Shown: positions 10,400-24,007, counted from the first letter of the stretch. The stretch: DNA of 64,000 nucleotides from Octopus sinensis (GCF_006345805.1 NC_043010.1:14942001-15006000), one strand, 5' to 3'. Numbers and translations are program-made. The notes: a model not told the origin generated them from the sequence alone.

Positions 10400-12205
10400 A
10401 TATATATATATATATATACTATAGGGATCTACGTGTAGGACGAACGTTACCTTCAAGCAATCCGTAGTAAATATAAAAAACAACTTCCACCGACAATAGT
10501 AGTTTTTTTCATATCGAAGTACGAGAAACTGAAAAAAATCTTTCATATTTCACGGTAGGCAACCAGGGTTGACGGGCGTGCGAATTACAATACACACACA
10601 CACACACACATACACACACATATATACACACACACACACACATACACACACACGCACACACACACACACACACATACAAATATTTATATTTATATAGATA
10701 AATAAAATTTGAAGCAGAGGCATCAATTCATTTCTTACCATTTACCAGTAGACAATAAGCAACTCCGTTATTGATATATCCCAGATAAAAGGCGCCACGG
10801 CCTTCTCTATTGTTAGAAGTGGGGATAAACGGGTCACTGGAGGTTGCTTGATCCTTCCTCCTAGTAAGAACCCTACTAGCCTCTAAATTCCTCTGATCTT
10901 ATTAAATGTACATTATTTTGGTAAATTCATTCTGTCAACTGAAATAGTAGCAGAATCACTGAAAATGTTTTATTCCGCGGATTTTAAAATATCTTAAACC
11001 ATTGGGAATGTCCTTGATTGTAAAGTTCAATCGTTTTCATTATAACGATATAATGTACTCATTAATCAATTAAAAATTCGTTGGAGACGGCTATAATGAA
11101 TTGACACCTGTCTTCCAATTGTTACTTATTTGTATTTTATTGACCTATCTCGGAACATGCCCTTCACAAAGTGTGAAGTATATTATGGACTGTATATTTA
11201 ATAAAATGTTCATACTTGAATAGCTCAAGAGCAGATTATATAGTCAGCAGGGTCAAATTGCTTGCATGCACTATAGGAAGATCATTCTGCCGGTACTTCT
11301 GTACCAATGTTGATATTTACATAATTTTGTTGTGTGTGTATATTATTCCAACCTAACGAGGTGCCTCAACTGGCGTACCTAATTTAACTGAATCATACTT
11401 ATATATATATATATATATATGATAAATTTGTTCGAAATTTTTACCGGCATCCTCTCTGTCGCCGGGTATAATCTGCATCTGCGCAGTGGTTTGAAAAGTT
11501 AGGATTTACAAACCGTTGGTTCTACGTGTGGATCTGGCGGTTACAAAGGCAGACGACAAGATGTCTAGCGAGGCTAAACAAGAGGAAAAGTCAAAAATAA
11601 ATTTTGCGAGTGCAGCAACTCGCGCCTGTGAAAATATAGTTATTAACAAAGAAGAATTAGAGAAATACCTAGGTTTACTAAGAAAAGAAGGTGATAATGT
11701 TAATTTACGCACCGGAGAGAATTACGGTAATAGATAAAACATATGTCAAAAATAAAAAAAATCGACTTTGTACCGAGGGAAGCCATAAAAAAATGCTTGA
11801 GGCCGATATGGCAACAAACAAGCTACGTAACGTCAAAATAGTGATGGCTCTCTCTCTCCCTCCCCTTTCTCACTTTGTCTTTCCTGTGAAACTCTCTGCC
11901 TCCTTCTTCCACTTTTCTTTATCTTATTTTTTTTTTGTTAGACGCCATCAAAAAGGAATTGCTGATATTTGTTATGGTAAAAAGCTATGGTTGAAAATAG
12001 TTGAAAATAGATTTTTACCCTATCCGCGGGTGTCTCGGGGAAAAAAATAAGTTGACAAAACCCAGATAGGATGTTGACAAATGTCCTCCTAAAATTTGAG
12101 CGACACGTGTGCTAATTTGTGGACGTGCATAAATTACAATCACGTACACGCACGCACACACACACCCACACAAACACACGCACACGCATCCTCCCTTTTA
12201 TAGAT

Positions 12206-12262
<57 letters not shown>

Positions 12263-12336
12263 AAATCTTATAAAATGTGATTCTTACTTCCTAATAATTA
12301 TTTCAAATTACATGGTCAGTTAACTATAGTTATTAC

Positions 12337-12594
12337 GAAGCCTGTCGTATATATGTATATATGTATATATGTGTGTGTGTGTTTGTGTGTCCGTGTTTGT
12401 CCCCATAGCATCACTTGACAACCGATGCTGGTGTGTTTACGTCCCCATAACTTAGCGGTTCGGCAAAAGAGACCAAATAGAATAAGTACTGGGCTTACAA
12501 AGAATAAGTACCGGGGTCGATTTTCTCGACTAAAGGCGGTGCTCCAGCATGGCCGCGGTAAAATGACTGAAACAAGTAAAAGAGTAAAGAGAGA
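12337..12594 (+). mobile_element. SINE family B, 5'-truncated
   Basis: Starts at GAAGCCTGTCGTATAT; tail ...ATGACTGAAACAAGTAAAAGAGTAAAGA. Confidence 0.88.
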
Positions 12595-12917
12595 GTTACG
12601 TAACGATTGCTGAAACGACTGTAGGAAATAAGTAGTTAAAGTATCACTACAATATCGTTGTCCTCTGTTATTCATTGAAATATAGTTATACATATAGAGA
12701 CACGTATACATATAGCCACACATATATACACGCACATTTTGTTGTATAATTCTTCGTATGAGCAAGGCTCACTGATACAATATTGAGTAAGGAATTCACG
12801 TGGAATAGAAACGAAATTAACTCTGCAAATTAGGTACCTAATAACACACACGTATACATGTATGCATGCATGTATGCTTGTATGTTTGGATAACACATAT
12901 ACAAGCATATATATAAA

Positions 12918-13146
12918 AGCGGCGAGCTGGCAGAAACGTTAGCACGCCGGGCGAAATGCGTAGCCGTATTTCGTCTGCCGCTACGTTCTGAGTTCAAATT
13001 CCGCCGAGGTCGACTTTGCCTTTCATCCTTTCGGGGTCGATAAATTAAGTACCAGTTACGCACTGGGTTCGATGTAATCGACTTAATCCGTCTGTCTGTC
13101 CTTGTTTGTCCCCTCTATGTTTAGCCCCTTGTGGGTAATAAAGAAA
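12918..13146 (+). mobile_element. tRNA-derived SINE family C
   Basis: GCGGCGAGCTGGCAGAAACGTTAGC head, GAGTTCAAATTCC B box, GCCTTTCATCCTTTCGGGGTCGATAAATTAAGTACC core, AAAGAAA end; about 15-bp flanking repeat TATACAAGCATATAT. Confidence 0.9.
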
Positions 13147-13334
13147 CATATATACAAGCATATATGCAAGCATACTTATATGTGTGTGTAATCATGCATG
13201 AATGTAAGAGGAATATTGATTTAAGTATGTATGAAGATATATCACATTACATTGCATAAACGAGCAAACTGGTGAGGGAAAAGTATTCTCGAATAATACG
13301 AAACCATTAAATAACTGGTACTTTATATATCCTA

Positions 13335-13568
13335 TAAGGCGGCGATCTGGCAGAAACGTTAGCATGCCGGGCGAACTGCTTTGTGGTATTTCGTCCGCCG
13401 CTGCGTTCTGAGTTCAAATTCCGCCGAGGTCGACTTTGCCTTTCATCCTTTCGCGGTCGATAAATTAAGTACCAGTTACGCACTGGGTTCGATGTAATCG
13501 ACTTAATCCGTTTGACTGTCCCTATTTGTCCTGTCTGTGTTTAGCCCCTTGTGGGCAGTAAAGAAATA
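13335..13568 (+). mobile_element. SINE family C with 18-bp TSD
   Basis: TSD GGTACTTTATATATCCTA at 13317-13334 and 13569-13586. Confidence 0.93.
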
Positions 13569-14695
13569 GGTACTTTATATATCCTAAGCTCATGGAAAGA
13601 AATGGTGTCCGAATGGTGTTGAAATCAAAAGGATACAGTTATAAAAGTTAATCCTCTATGGAATTTAGTCCAACTTGTAATAACCTGGGAAAATAATCCT
13701 AGTTTTTGTCAGAGACAGAGTCGCGTTGCTGGAGGCGTAGCTTTGGTATATCTCATTGATGGCAACGAAACCTGAATCAATTATCTTTCAAATCTTTCCT
13801 TACTGTAATCAGAGATTTGTTGGTTCAGATCTCTCATAATTTCTCTCTTTATTTCATATAATACCAGAATGAAAGACATTACAAGTGTGAGGTGTCAAAT
13901 ATCACGACGTAAAACATTAAAACAAAAATAGTCAAATATTTACGTAAATGTAATGAACGTAGACAAGTGATTGATCAAGTGTCAACTTCCCGTTCAATGA
14001 TATCCATCGACGTGTGATCAAAACAAATTTTGAAGCCAGAAGCGTTTGGTAGATAATACAGGTTGTTATGATGTGTCAACGCCCTCACATTGCAATTTTT
14101 TTCTCTCTCCTTTTGTTAAAGGAGTGAATAAATGAATTATATCTGGGAATTGATTAAATGTCTAAACGTCTGAGATGAGTTATTAATAACACTATAATTT
14201 TTCAAACAGTATCTACACACAGACACACACACACACACACACAGACACACACAGACACACACACACACACACAGACACACACACACACACACACACACAC
14301 ACAACACACACACACACCTTGACAACGTTTTGATCAATTTGACCTCTAATATTCATCAGGTGTTCTATTCTTGGGTGAAACTGATCGAAACTTAGTTTAG
14401 AAGTAAATATTGTAAATATACACTCGAGAATGGAGGTTAACAATTGGGAAAAGTGTAATCTTTTCCTATAGACTCGCGTATTCTGACGGCAAATCTCAAC
14501 ACACACACATACACACATATGGATATATATATAAGTAGATAAATGGTACAACAAGGCACCAATATTTACCGGAAAATAGCAATCGTAATAAGTACCTTGT
14601 ACCATTTATCTACTTATATATGTATAATTTTACCCTTATCTGGGGCTATCTTTTACTGGAAAGTAATACATTTGTTAATTATCATATATATATAT

Positions 14696-14746
<51 letters not shown>

Positions 14747-14770
14747 TACATATCATATGTATATATATAT

Positions 14771-14910
14771 GAAAAAATGAGTCAAATAGAAAATGCTAAA
14801 CTAATTTTATAAAGAACATTTCAGTGCCGGTTTCAGTCATTTGAGACCTTTTCAACTGAAATTTTCTTTATAAAATTATTTTAGCATTTTCTATTTTGAC
14901 TTATTTTTTC
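14771..14910 (-). mobile_element. pLTR family F fragment with inverted duplication; contains a U3-A8 hammerhead variant (14820-14861, minus)
   Basis: Minus strand TTTCAG-TTGAAAA-GGTC-tcaaat-GACT-GAAA-CCGG-CA-CTGAAA; plus-strand 14856-14910 repeats the post-cleavage segment; (TA)n on both sides. Confidence 0.75.
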
Positions 14911-14944
14911 ATATATATAAACTCGTGTGTTCCTTTTCATCCTT

Positions 14945-15195
<251 letters not shown>

Positions 15196-15960
15196 CGAAA
15201 GAGAGGAAAGGTGAGAAAGTAAACTTCTAGTAATAGACGTGCACTTAAACGAACTTTACTGGATAAAACCAAGGTTGATCTTGATATGATTAGAACTCAG
15301 AATACAGAAAGCCAGAACAACAGTTACAATCACAATGGTGCTTTCAGAATTTTGCCAAAGTACTGCATTCGATAACGTCATAATCTTACATCAGAGTGCT
15401 TGGTAAGAAAACTGATGGCTGTTTTTTCATAGTCATTGCAGCCTCATGGAAAATGCTAGGTTGCAGAATCCTCTTTTGGGATAAACACCATAGATTTTTG
15501 GGATAAACACCATAGATTATTGCTTATTTGTGCAAGTCTTAATTAACCCTTACATAACTGTATTTATTTTGAGATGCTCTGTATTTCATTCAATTAATTT
15601 TAAATATAACAAAGAATTTAGTAAGATAACTTAGTTAACATTAAGTTAGAGTTAGGAACATAAATTGTGACTAAGGTTTGGTGGAAGATTTTAATTCAAA
15701 ACATATGAAAACAAGACATTTGTACTACAGAGCCAGAGGCGGTTTTGGCCAGGTTGATATCAAAAGGGTTAAAGGAGGACGGACAGCTCCCATGATGGTT
15801 TTCAGTGACTCAGAGACCGATGAGAGGAATAGTGGGCGGGAACTATAATACATGAATTTCTACCTTGTAAATCATAACAATATCCATGTTCCGAAAAACT
15901 TCTCTAACGCTTGAAAAGGAGAGGATTCTTTGAAAGGAACAACCAAAGAGGACATTATGC

Positions 15961-16338
15961 AGATCTTTTCGGTTTGAACGGTAGTTTTTCTAGCGGTGTC
16001 ATATGAAATTGTCACCCATAATTATGACCCTAGTATCGATCTATTGCATTTCAATCTGTTTTAGGGTAAGGTTAGGGAGGAAGGGTATCTTTTTTCTTCA
16101 CAAATGTAAATAAACCCAACGGCACAGAATGTTTTCACCTCAAATACACGTCATTGATTGGTTGAAATTGCAGAAATTGAAGAAAAAAACAACAAATATC
16201 TTACAAACTATAGAATTTTCTCAATAAAGCCAAGAGAAAAAGATGTTTTATAAACACATTCTACCAGTATACGAAGTTTAAAATTTTTTAGTTACCTAGA
16301 AATTATGTTAAAAACTGCCGTTCAAACCGAAAAGATCC
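15961..16338 (+). mobile_element. MITE, GGATC family, copy 3, 8-bp TSD
   Basis: TIRs as above; CATTATGC at 15953-15960 and 16339-16346; about 30-bp internal deletion. Confidence 0.92.
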
Positions 16339-16649
16339 CATTATGCTATAAAAAAAAAAGAGTAACGGATAAAGTATACTATTTAATGAAAAATTCAATT
16401 TCCGTGCAGTTTCTTTCAACCTCATTTCGCTCAAAAATGTTTGGTGGACTGGCGCTTTGGAATCCGACAGTGCTGTTAAGAAATATTGGTATTGGGTTTG
16501 CCTTCGAAATAATTGGTATTCAGTTTACCTTCGAAGCTTCTATGAAAAAGTAAAATCAGTACCGTTCAAGAACTGGAGTTAAGTTAATGGCGCAAGCATT
16601 CATCCAAAATTTGATTTACTGCGTCAAAGATAGAAATTCTTATTTTGAC

Positions 16650-17008
16650 ACATCCCTGGCACAAGGCCTGAAATTTGTAGGGATTACATCGACCCCAGTG
16701 TTGAAATTTATCGATCCAGAAAGGATGAACGGTAATGTTGACCTCGGTGGAATTCGAACTCAGAACGTAGCGGCGGACGAAATACCTATTTCTTTACTAC
16801 CCACAAGGGTCTAGACACACAGAGGACAAACATAGGGATTAAGTCGATTATATCGACCCCAGTGCGTAACTAGTACTTATTTAATCGACCCCGAAAGATG
16901 AAAGGCAAAGTCGACCTCGGCGGAATTCGAACTCAGAACTTAGCGACGGACGAAATACCGCAAAGCATTTCGTCCAACGTGCTAATGATTCAGTCATCTC
17001 GTCGCCTT
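16650..17008 (-). mobile_element. SINE family C dimer/nested pair
   Basis: Two core units joined at AAAGAAATA|GGTATTTCGTC (about 16786); distal unit carries a different tail (...AAATTTCAGGCCTTGTGCC). Confidence 0.8.
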
Positions 17009-17667
17009 GATACATCCCTAGATAACGGATAATGTTGTTTGTGTTACTGATTATCGGCACCTCTGAACATTATGTGCATTTTTTTTGTATTTTGTAGTGA
17101 AAAATAACAGTTGTGAGTGCCAAAACCACAAAGAACAATGGTCTGCAATGATATGTAGTTTTTATATATCCACAGAATCACAAACAGATACACATATACT
17201 CACACATTCACGGCAATACTCACACACACACGCTTTCTCTTTCTCTCTCTCTCTCTCTCTCTCAGACACTCACACACAATCTAATAACGACTTGTAAGCC
17301 GAAACTTCGAATTCCTGTCAAAATATATTTTAAGTAATTAATATCAACATTACTCGAAAGTTTTATGTGTTCTGTCAATTTACTGTTAGAATGTTTCTAT
17401 ATATATAGCATTACACAAAACAAAATTCATTATACATAAATAAGTACGTATGTACAAGAACAAATGCATGTATTGGGTAACAAGCAGATTTAATTTCACT
17501 TGTTACTTAAAATTTCGGGAACGTATACACGATTATAACGTAATTATGTCCCTAAAGAGATTTAATATCTGTGCTATTGTAAAATCAGTTTCATAACAAA
17601 GCACTGGTTTATCTTTAAATTCAGTGAAAATCCTGTTAAAGGCAAATATTTATGCCTTTTGTGATCA

Positions 17668-18073
17668 GCGCAGGAGTGGCTGTGTGATAAGTAGCTTGCT
17701 TACGAACCACATGGTTCCGGGTTCAGTCCCACTGCGTGACACTTTGGCCAAGTGTCTTCTACTATAGCCTCGGGCCGACCAAAGCCTTGTGAGTGGATTT
17801 GGTAGACGGAAACTCAAAGAAGCCTGTCGTGTATATGTATATATATATATATATGTGTGTGTTTGTGTATCTGTGTGTCTGTGTTTGTCCTCCTAGCATT
17901 GCTTGACAACCGATGCTGGTGTGTCCATGTCCCCGTAACCTAGCGGTTCGGCAAAAAAGACCGATAGAATAAGTACTAGGCTTACAAAGAATAAGTCCTG
18001 GGGTCGATTTGTTCGACTAAAGGCGGTGCTCCAGCATGTCTACAGTCAATTGACTGAAACAAGTAAAAGAAGA
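17668..18073 (+). mobile_element. SINE family B, full length
   Basis: GCGCAGGAGTGGCTGTGTG head, CTTTGGCCAAGTG CORE-like segment, (TA)/(TG) middle, tail to GTAAAAGA. Confidence 0.92.
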
Positions 18074-18216
18074 AATGTAAACAAGAGTTAGACCACTTTT
18101 ATTTCTAGTCTTAAACATAAAGTTTGAACTATAACCATTCAAACAAGCCTTGTATACTTTGCAATTCTGAGCGTAAGAAATATTTTCTAAATTCATTTCA
18201 TTCAGATGCCCTTCTG

Positions 18217-18528
18217 TGTGGAGGCACATGGCCTAGTGGTTAGAGCAGCGGACTCGCGGTCGAGGGATCGCGGGTTCGAATCTCAGACCGGGCGATGCGT
18301 GTGTTTATGAGCGAAAACGCCTAAGCTCCACGCGGCTCTGGCAGAAGGTAATGGCGAACTTCTGCTGACTCTTAAGGCACAACTTTCTCTCACTCTTTCC
18401 TCCTGCATCTTGCAGCTCACCTGTGACGGACCGGCGTTCCAACCAGGTGGGAAACCTATACACCAAGCAAACCGGGAAACCGGCCCTTATGAGCCCGGCA
18501 TGGCTCGAGAAGGAAGAAACAAAAACAA
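18217..18528 (+). mobile_element. SINE family A with 13-bp TSD
   Basis: TSD AGATGCCCTTCTG at 18204-18216 and 18529-18541; tRNA-like head with TCG in the anticodon-like loop. Confidence 0.93.
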
Positions 18529-19419
18529 AGATGCCCTTCTGAAATTATATCGTCCATGCATGCGCGATTTGGAACGTTAAAATATTTCTTATACATGACA
18601 ATTGTTTTGTAACTGTCATAGAATGTATTATATAAAAGCAAATCTAGTAACAACTGCTTTTTGGCTGACTAAATATTTCGCAATGTTTTGCAAATTTATT
18701 CTTAATATGCTCTGGCAGATTCGGTTTTGTCAAAACAGAAAAAAATTTTCTAAGACAAATGTGTGTTTATAAAACATGTGATACATTAGGTTAAAAGGAC
18801 TCTGGAACAGCCGGTGTTTCGACATCGTTGTGACTCATCAGATAAGTGCACGCTGGACCAGTGAATCTCAAACCAGTTCGTGGCTCTTGTTTATAACTTC
18901 AGTAAACAAAATATTCACTGATGATTGCTGATATCAGGCAAACGAAAATAGATTTTCATATGCGCAGTAAAGAGCGACTATCAACACGACTTATTATTAT
19001 GCATCCTTAATATGTTCCGGCAGATTCTCACCATCACCGTGCATACAAAGATTTATTAAATATTACGCTTATCTCTTAATAATTTCATGTTTTAAATACG
19101 TTTGCTCAGAACGACCTAAATGTAACATAATTAACTAACCTTCAATTCTTCTTCCACACCATGTTTCCAAACTATATATATTGCAACGAATGGTTGTTAT
19201 ATGTGTAATTTTGTTCAGTAGTTTCTTTTACAAATCTGATTATAAGACAGATGAAACTACGATAAATTGATATTCTGATTTGAATTTTTCAAAAGCTATA
19301 AATATGATTACTGTTGTATTTAAATAAAACGTTACTTTTTGTATTCGCTTCATTGCATCCGTTGCATTATTATTGGAACCTCTCACACAAAATTACACAC
19401 ATGTATATATTCAAATATA

Positions 19420-19433
19420 CATACGTATATATA

Positions 19434-19477
<44 letters not shown>

Positions 19478-19595
19478 TATATTATATATATATATATTAT
19501 ATATATTATATATATGTATATATATATGTATATATATGTATATATATATACATATATATATATATACATACATATATACATAATATATATATATG

Positions 19596-19632
<37 letters not shown>

Positions 19633-20061
19633 GTATATGTATATACTCACTCCTATAGACACATATACTCGAACATAAACAAAGATATTCATATATATAT
19701 ATATAAATATTATCTATGTATCTGTGTATCTACCAAAGGCATATATGTGTTTTAATCAGAGGCAATCCCATGCAAACATCGTCATATGAGAAACGTACAT
19801 TTGTGAGTAGAATATACATAGCGTTTATCAATAGACAAACACGTCAGTGTGGTGTGTGGTGTGTGTGTGTGTGAGATTTCTTATTGTTAATTTTGGTGTC
19901 ACTTTTCTCTTGTCTCATCGTTTCTTTGTTACAAGAGGTACACAAGTGTGTATATATATATATGCATAAATATATATATATGTATATATATATGTATATA
20001 TATATGTATATATATATACATATATATATGTATGTATATTATATATATATGTATATATATG

Positions 20062-20094
<33 letters not shown>

Positions 20095-20127
20095 GTATAT
20101 ATATATCTGTAAATATATATGTATATA

Positions 20128-20164
<37 letters not shown>

Positions 20165-20203
20165 GTATATATACATATACATATATATATATATATATAT
20201 ATC

Positions 20204-20278
<75 letters not shown>

Positions 20279-20345
20279 CTATATATATATGTGTATATAT
20301 ATATATATATATATACATATATATTATACATACATATTGATGTAT
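19420..20345. repeat. Large degenerate (TA)n arrays
   Basis: Direct reading; all ORFs 19314-20531 are YIYI artefacts. Confidence 0.95.
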
Positions 20346-21253
20346 GTGTGTACGTGTTGAACATTGAATATCTGTCCACATAAAGAAAACTATTTCTAGA
20401 AAGACAAACGACATATCAAGTTCGTTTGTAAACATATCAGTTAAAATTTTTTTTTTTTTTTTTGACGAATCTCCTATTTTTCTTTTATAGTTTGTTCTAC
20501 TTGTGTGAATTGGACTTTCACTTTTCTTCATACAACAACTTAAAAATCAAATACACCAACCAACATAACATATGCAACTGTGTCGTTTCATATCCGCTTG
20601 TCATGTCCACATCATCTTATAAATTACACGCTAGTTTCTTGTTTCTGCGACTGCAAATAAATGTCATTTTTTTTTTTTACCTCTTGCTTAGAATACAGAA
20701 TTTTCGTATGTACGTGTGTATGAATCTAAGAATATATGTATGTTTATTCTACGTAGATTTGTACGCATACATTTATTTTATATCTATGAATCAATCTATC
20801 AATATTGATTTATTTCTCTTCATGTATATTTAGCTGTCAATATATTTGTCTAACTGCTCGTCTACGTCTCTCTGTAACTCCCTTCAAATATAATTTCTCT
20901 TTCTCTCTCTGTGCATACACACACACGCACACACACACACACTCACACACACACAAACACACACACACACAGAGGCACAGATCATTCCTTCAATCTATAT
21001 CACTATCTCTCACTCTGCGTGTCAGTCTGTTTATCTCTCTATTTAGCTATCCAACTATACACACCGCCTGAGGATCGCAGAACCGCGTAACTCGAATCGC
21101 TAGAAAATGAATTCTGTTTAAATAAACAATATAATCAATGACATGATGTAGTCTTTTTAGCCTTATGCTAACAAACACTGTAATATTTGAATGGATATAT
21201 ATATATATATATATAATATATATATGAATATTTATATATGCATATATATATAT

Positions 21254-21290
<37 letters not shown>

Positions 21291-21433
21291 GAACACTTAT
21301 ATATGCACACACATATGTATATATATATATTATATATATATGAATATTATATATGCATGTATATATTATATATTATAAATATATAAATACTTATATATAT
21401 GCATATTATATATATATAATGAATACTTATATA

Positions 21434-21477
<44 letters not shown>

Positions 21478-21704
21478 CAAACTACAAAGAAAGAATGTTC
21501 TCTAGAGAAAATTCTTTCTTTGTAGTTTGATCGAATGTGATCTACTTCTAGAGTATGGCTTTCCACATAGTGGTTTTTAGCCCTAAATATACACATGTAG
21601 TGGAATTTTCTGATTTTTCATATTTTTATATGCTAGGCTACTAGTCTTAAATTAATAAAATTAATATTCAGTTTATCTCCCTCATTATTTAAATTTCATA
21701 TATA

Positions 21705-21752
<48 letters not shown>

Positions 21753-21774
21753 TACATACATACTTATTTAAGTG

Positions 21775-21930
21775 CATATATATGCGGTCTTTTTATTTCT
21801 TCATATTCTGAAGAGCGTATGCTCGAAACGTAAAAGTCTCTCTCACATTCTCGAGCGTCAAACTAATGCACATGCTTATTGCTCGTACACCAGTCATCCT
21901 CTTCCATTTTTCTGTAAATTTCAACTGTAT
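21775..21930 (+). mobile_element. (TA)n-flanked pLTR-like fragment with a degenerate hammerhead motif
   Basis: CTG---AAGAGC-gtat-GCTC-GAAA-CG-TA-AAAG at 21808-21836; homologous to 8961-9110. Confidence 0.55.
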
Positions 21931-22430
21931 ATATATATATATATATATATACATGTGTGTATATATCTACATATGCTCGCCTTATGTGTACACATATGTG
22001 CATATATGTATATATGTATATGTATGAATATATCTCTATGTATATATATATGTATATAAATATATATGTGTGTATATTTTCTTCTTTTCCCCCTACCTTT
22101 CTATTAACATAACTATCTTAGAAACTAGTTAATTTCAACTCAATAATTTTAAACTTTTATAAATTTTTAGATTTTAGTTTTCTTATCTTGTAATTTTAAT
22201 TTTAAGTGTTAAGTTTTAATTTTCAATTTTAATTTTGAATCATAATTTTAATTCCTAATCCTTTATCTCATATAATTTAACGGCTATTATACTTGAAATA
22301 CAATTTTAAACAACTGCACTAAACTATTGACCTTATAACCTTACTTAGATTGACTTTCCACCCTCAATCTACTGAAACTTTAACGTTTGACTTCTTGCCC
22401 ACATATACTACTGACATATTTATATCATTA

Positions 22431-22655
22431 CCGTTCGATTCACTTCAACATTTAAGTTTAATTTGTCTAAATATTTTCGTCGCTATAAGACCGCGACCTG
22501 TTCACTGACAAAAATCCGTGCTGAAGCAGCACGGATTTTTGTCAGTGATCAGGTCGCGGTCGCAGCACGGATTTTTGTCAGTGAACAGGTCGCGGTCTTA
22601 TAGCGACGAAAATATTTTGACAAATTAAACTTAAATGTTGAAGTGAATCGAACGG
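22431..22655. repeat. Fold-back palindrome, 93-bp arms, with a 34-bp duplication at the apex
   Basis: 22431-22523 is the reverse complement of 22563-22655 (one mismatch seen); extra right-arm start at 22527-22560. Confidence 0.93.
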
Positions 22656-23533
22656 CTTTTGTGTGTTTCTTAAATGGCTTACAAACACCTTCCACGCTGC
22701 AATTGTTTTCGTTCCAGCACACGATCTCAGATCAAATCACTTGCTATGCAAGTACATCTCCGTATATCATTACCTTTACTTTTATATTTTATTGTTTTTA
22801 TTTTTACTTTTATTATTTTTTACCCTTTTGCCTCTATTTTATTTTATTTTTATTCCCTTTCTCCTTTCTCTCTCTTTCTCCTTTCTACCATAGACACTCA
22901 CTCCGTCGAACCTATTCTTTTCTGTTATTTTTATTATCGTATTTTTACTTATATTCATCTTTATTTTATTGTAATTTTTACCCTTTTACCACTATCTTAT
23001 TTTCTAATCCTTTCTTATATTTCTCTGTCTCTCTATCTCTCTCATAGACCCTTCACAAGGCCCATTTATGCCCATCATACTTTCTCACTCAATATACAGA
23101 TTTACAATATGAATACATTATTCAGAATACGGTCAAAATACTGCCTGGGATTTAAACTAAAAATTTATACCATCATGAAGTACCGTCCAACATCCATATC
23201 CTCTGGAAAAAGGTGAGTTGTGAAAATTATTCCCCTGCCTATATTCTTCTAACTACTTTTATTCTTTATTCTTCTATTTCACTCCTTTATTTCTCTGTTT
23301 TATTCCTTTTAAATTGTGAATTTTATTCCTTGTAAACTAAAAATATTCCCCGTCTAAAATATTCATACCTTGTCTCTGATAATGGGATAATTATTCTAAA
23401 TGACTTCAGATACTTGTTCTGTCTTGGTTTTGATTTTTCCTCTAATATAATATGTATATGCACACACACATATATACATGAGTGTATGTGCATATATATA
23501 TAAACACACACACACACACACACACACACACGA

Positions 23534-23577
<44 letters not shown>

Positions 23578-24007
23578 GTATATATGTATGTATTTACAGA
23601 TGTAAATTTAATAGTGTTCACTTCCAGACTCTCTCACTGTGAGAGTTTCATTTCGAATCGCACGTGTCTCGAATGGGCTGGAGAATTTCTGTTTTGGATA
23701 TATTTGGGGTACTTAATTGTGCTCATGACTTAGTGTTTGCTTCTTCCATGGGTATGAGTAAGTATTTCATTTATTTCTTTTTGCCGCATTTATCACTGAC
23801 GAAGGGTCGGTTCTTATGAATTAACCCTGTAATCGGTCCGATATGGTAATAACGGAATTTTTTTAGAAATTTCTGTCGACCTTTTTCGAGTAGCGTGCTT
23901 ATTTGTGATAAATTATATGGTTATGGACAATGTGTCTAATTTCGGCATATTTGGCATTAGAAATTTTCTCGTTTGCCCTTATTTATAAGTTGTATATATT
24001 ATATATA

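Noticed and set aside
11516-11737. 73-aa ORF with plausible composition
   Set aside because: No recognisable domain or supporting exon structure; kept only as a low-interest region.
21064-21105. CTGAGGA...CTCGAAT hammerhead-like motif
   Set aside because: No convincing stem I or II and GAAA is altered; could be chance.
23100-23450. Possible degenerate GIY-YIG C-terminal fragments
   Set aside because: Only vague similarity (FRIIIPL); no GIY or YIG motif recovered.
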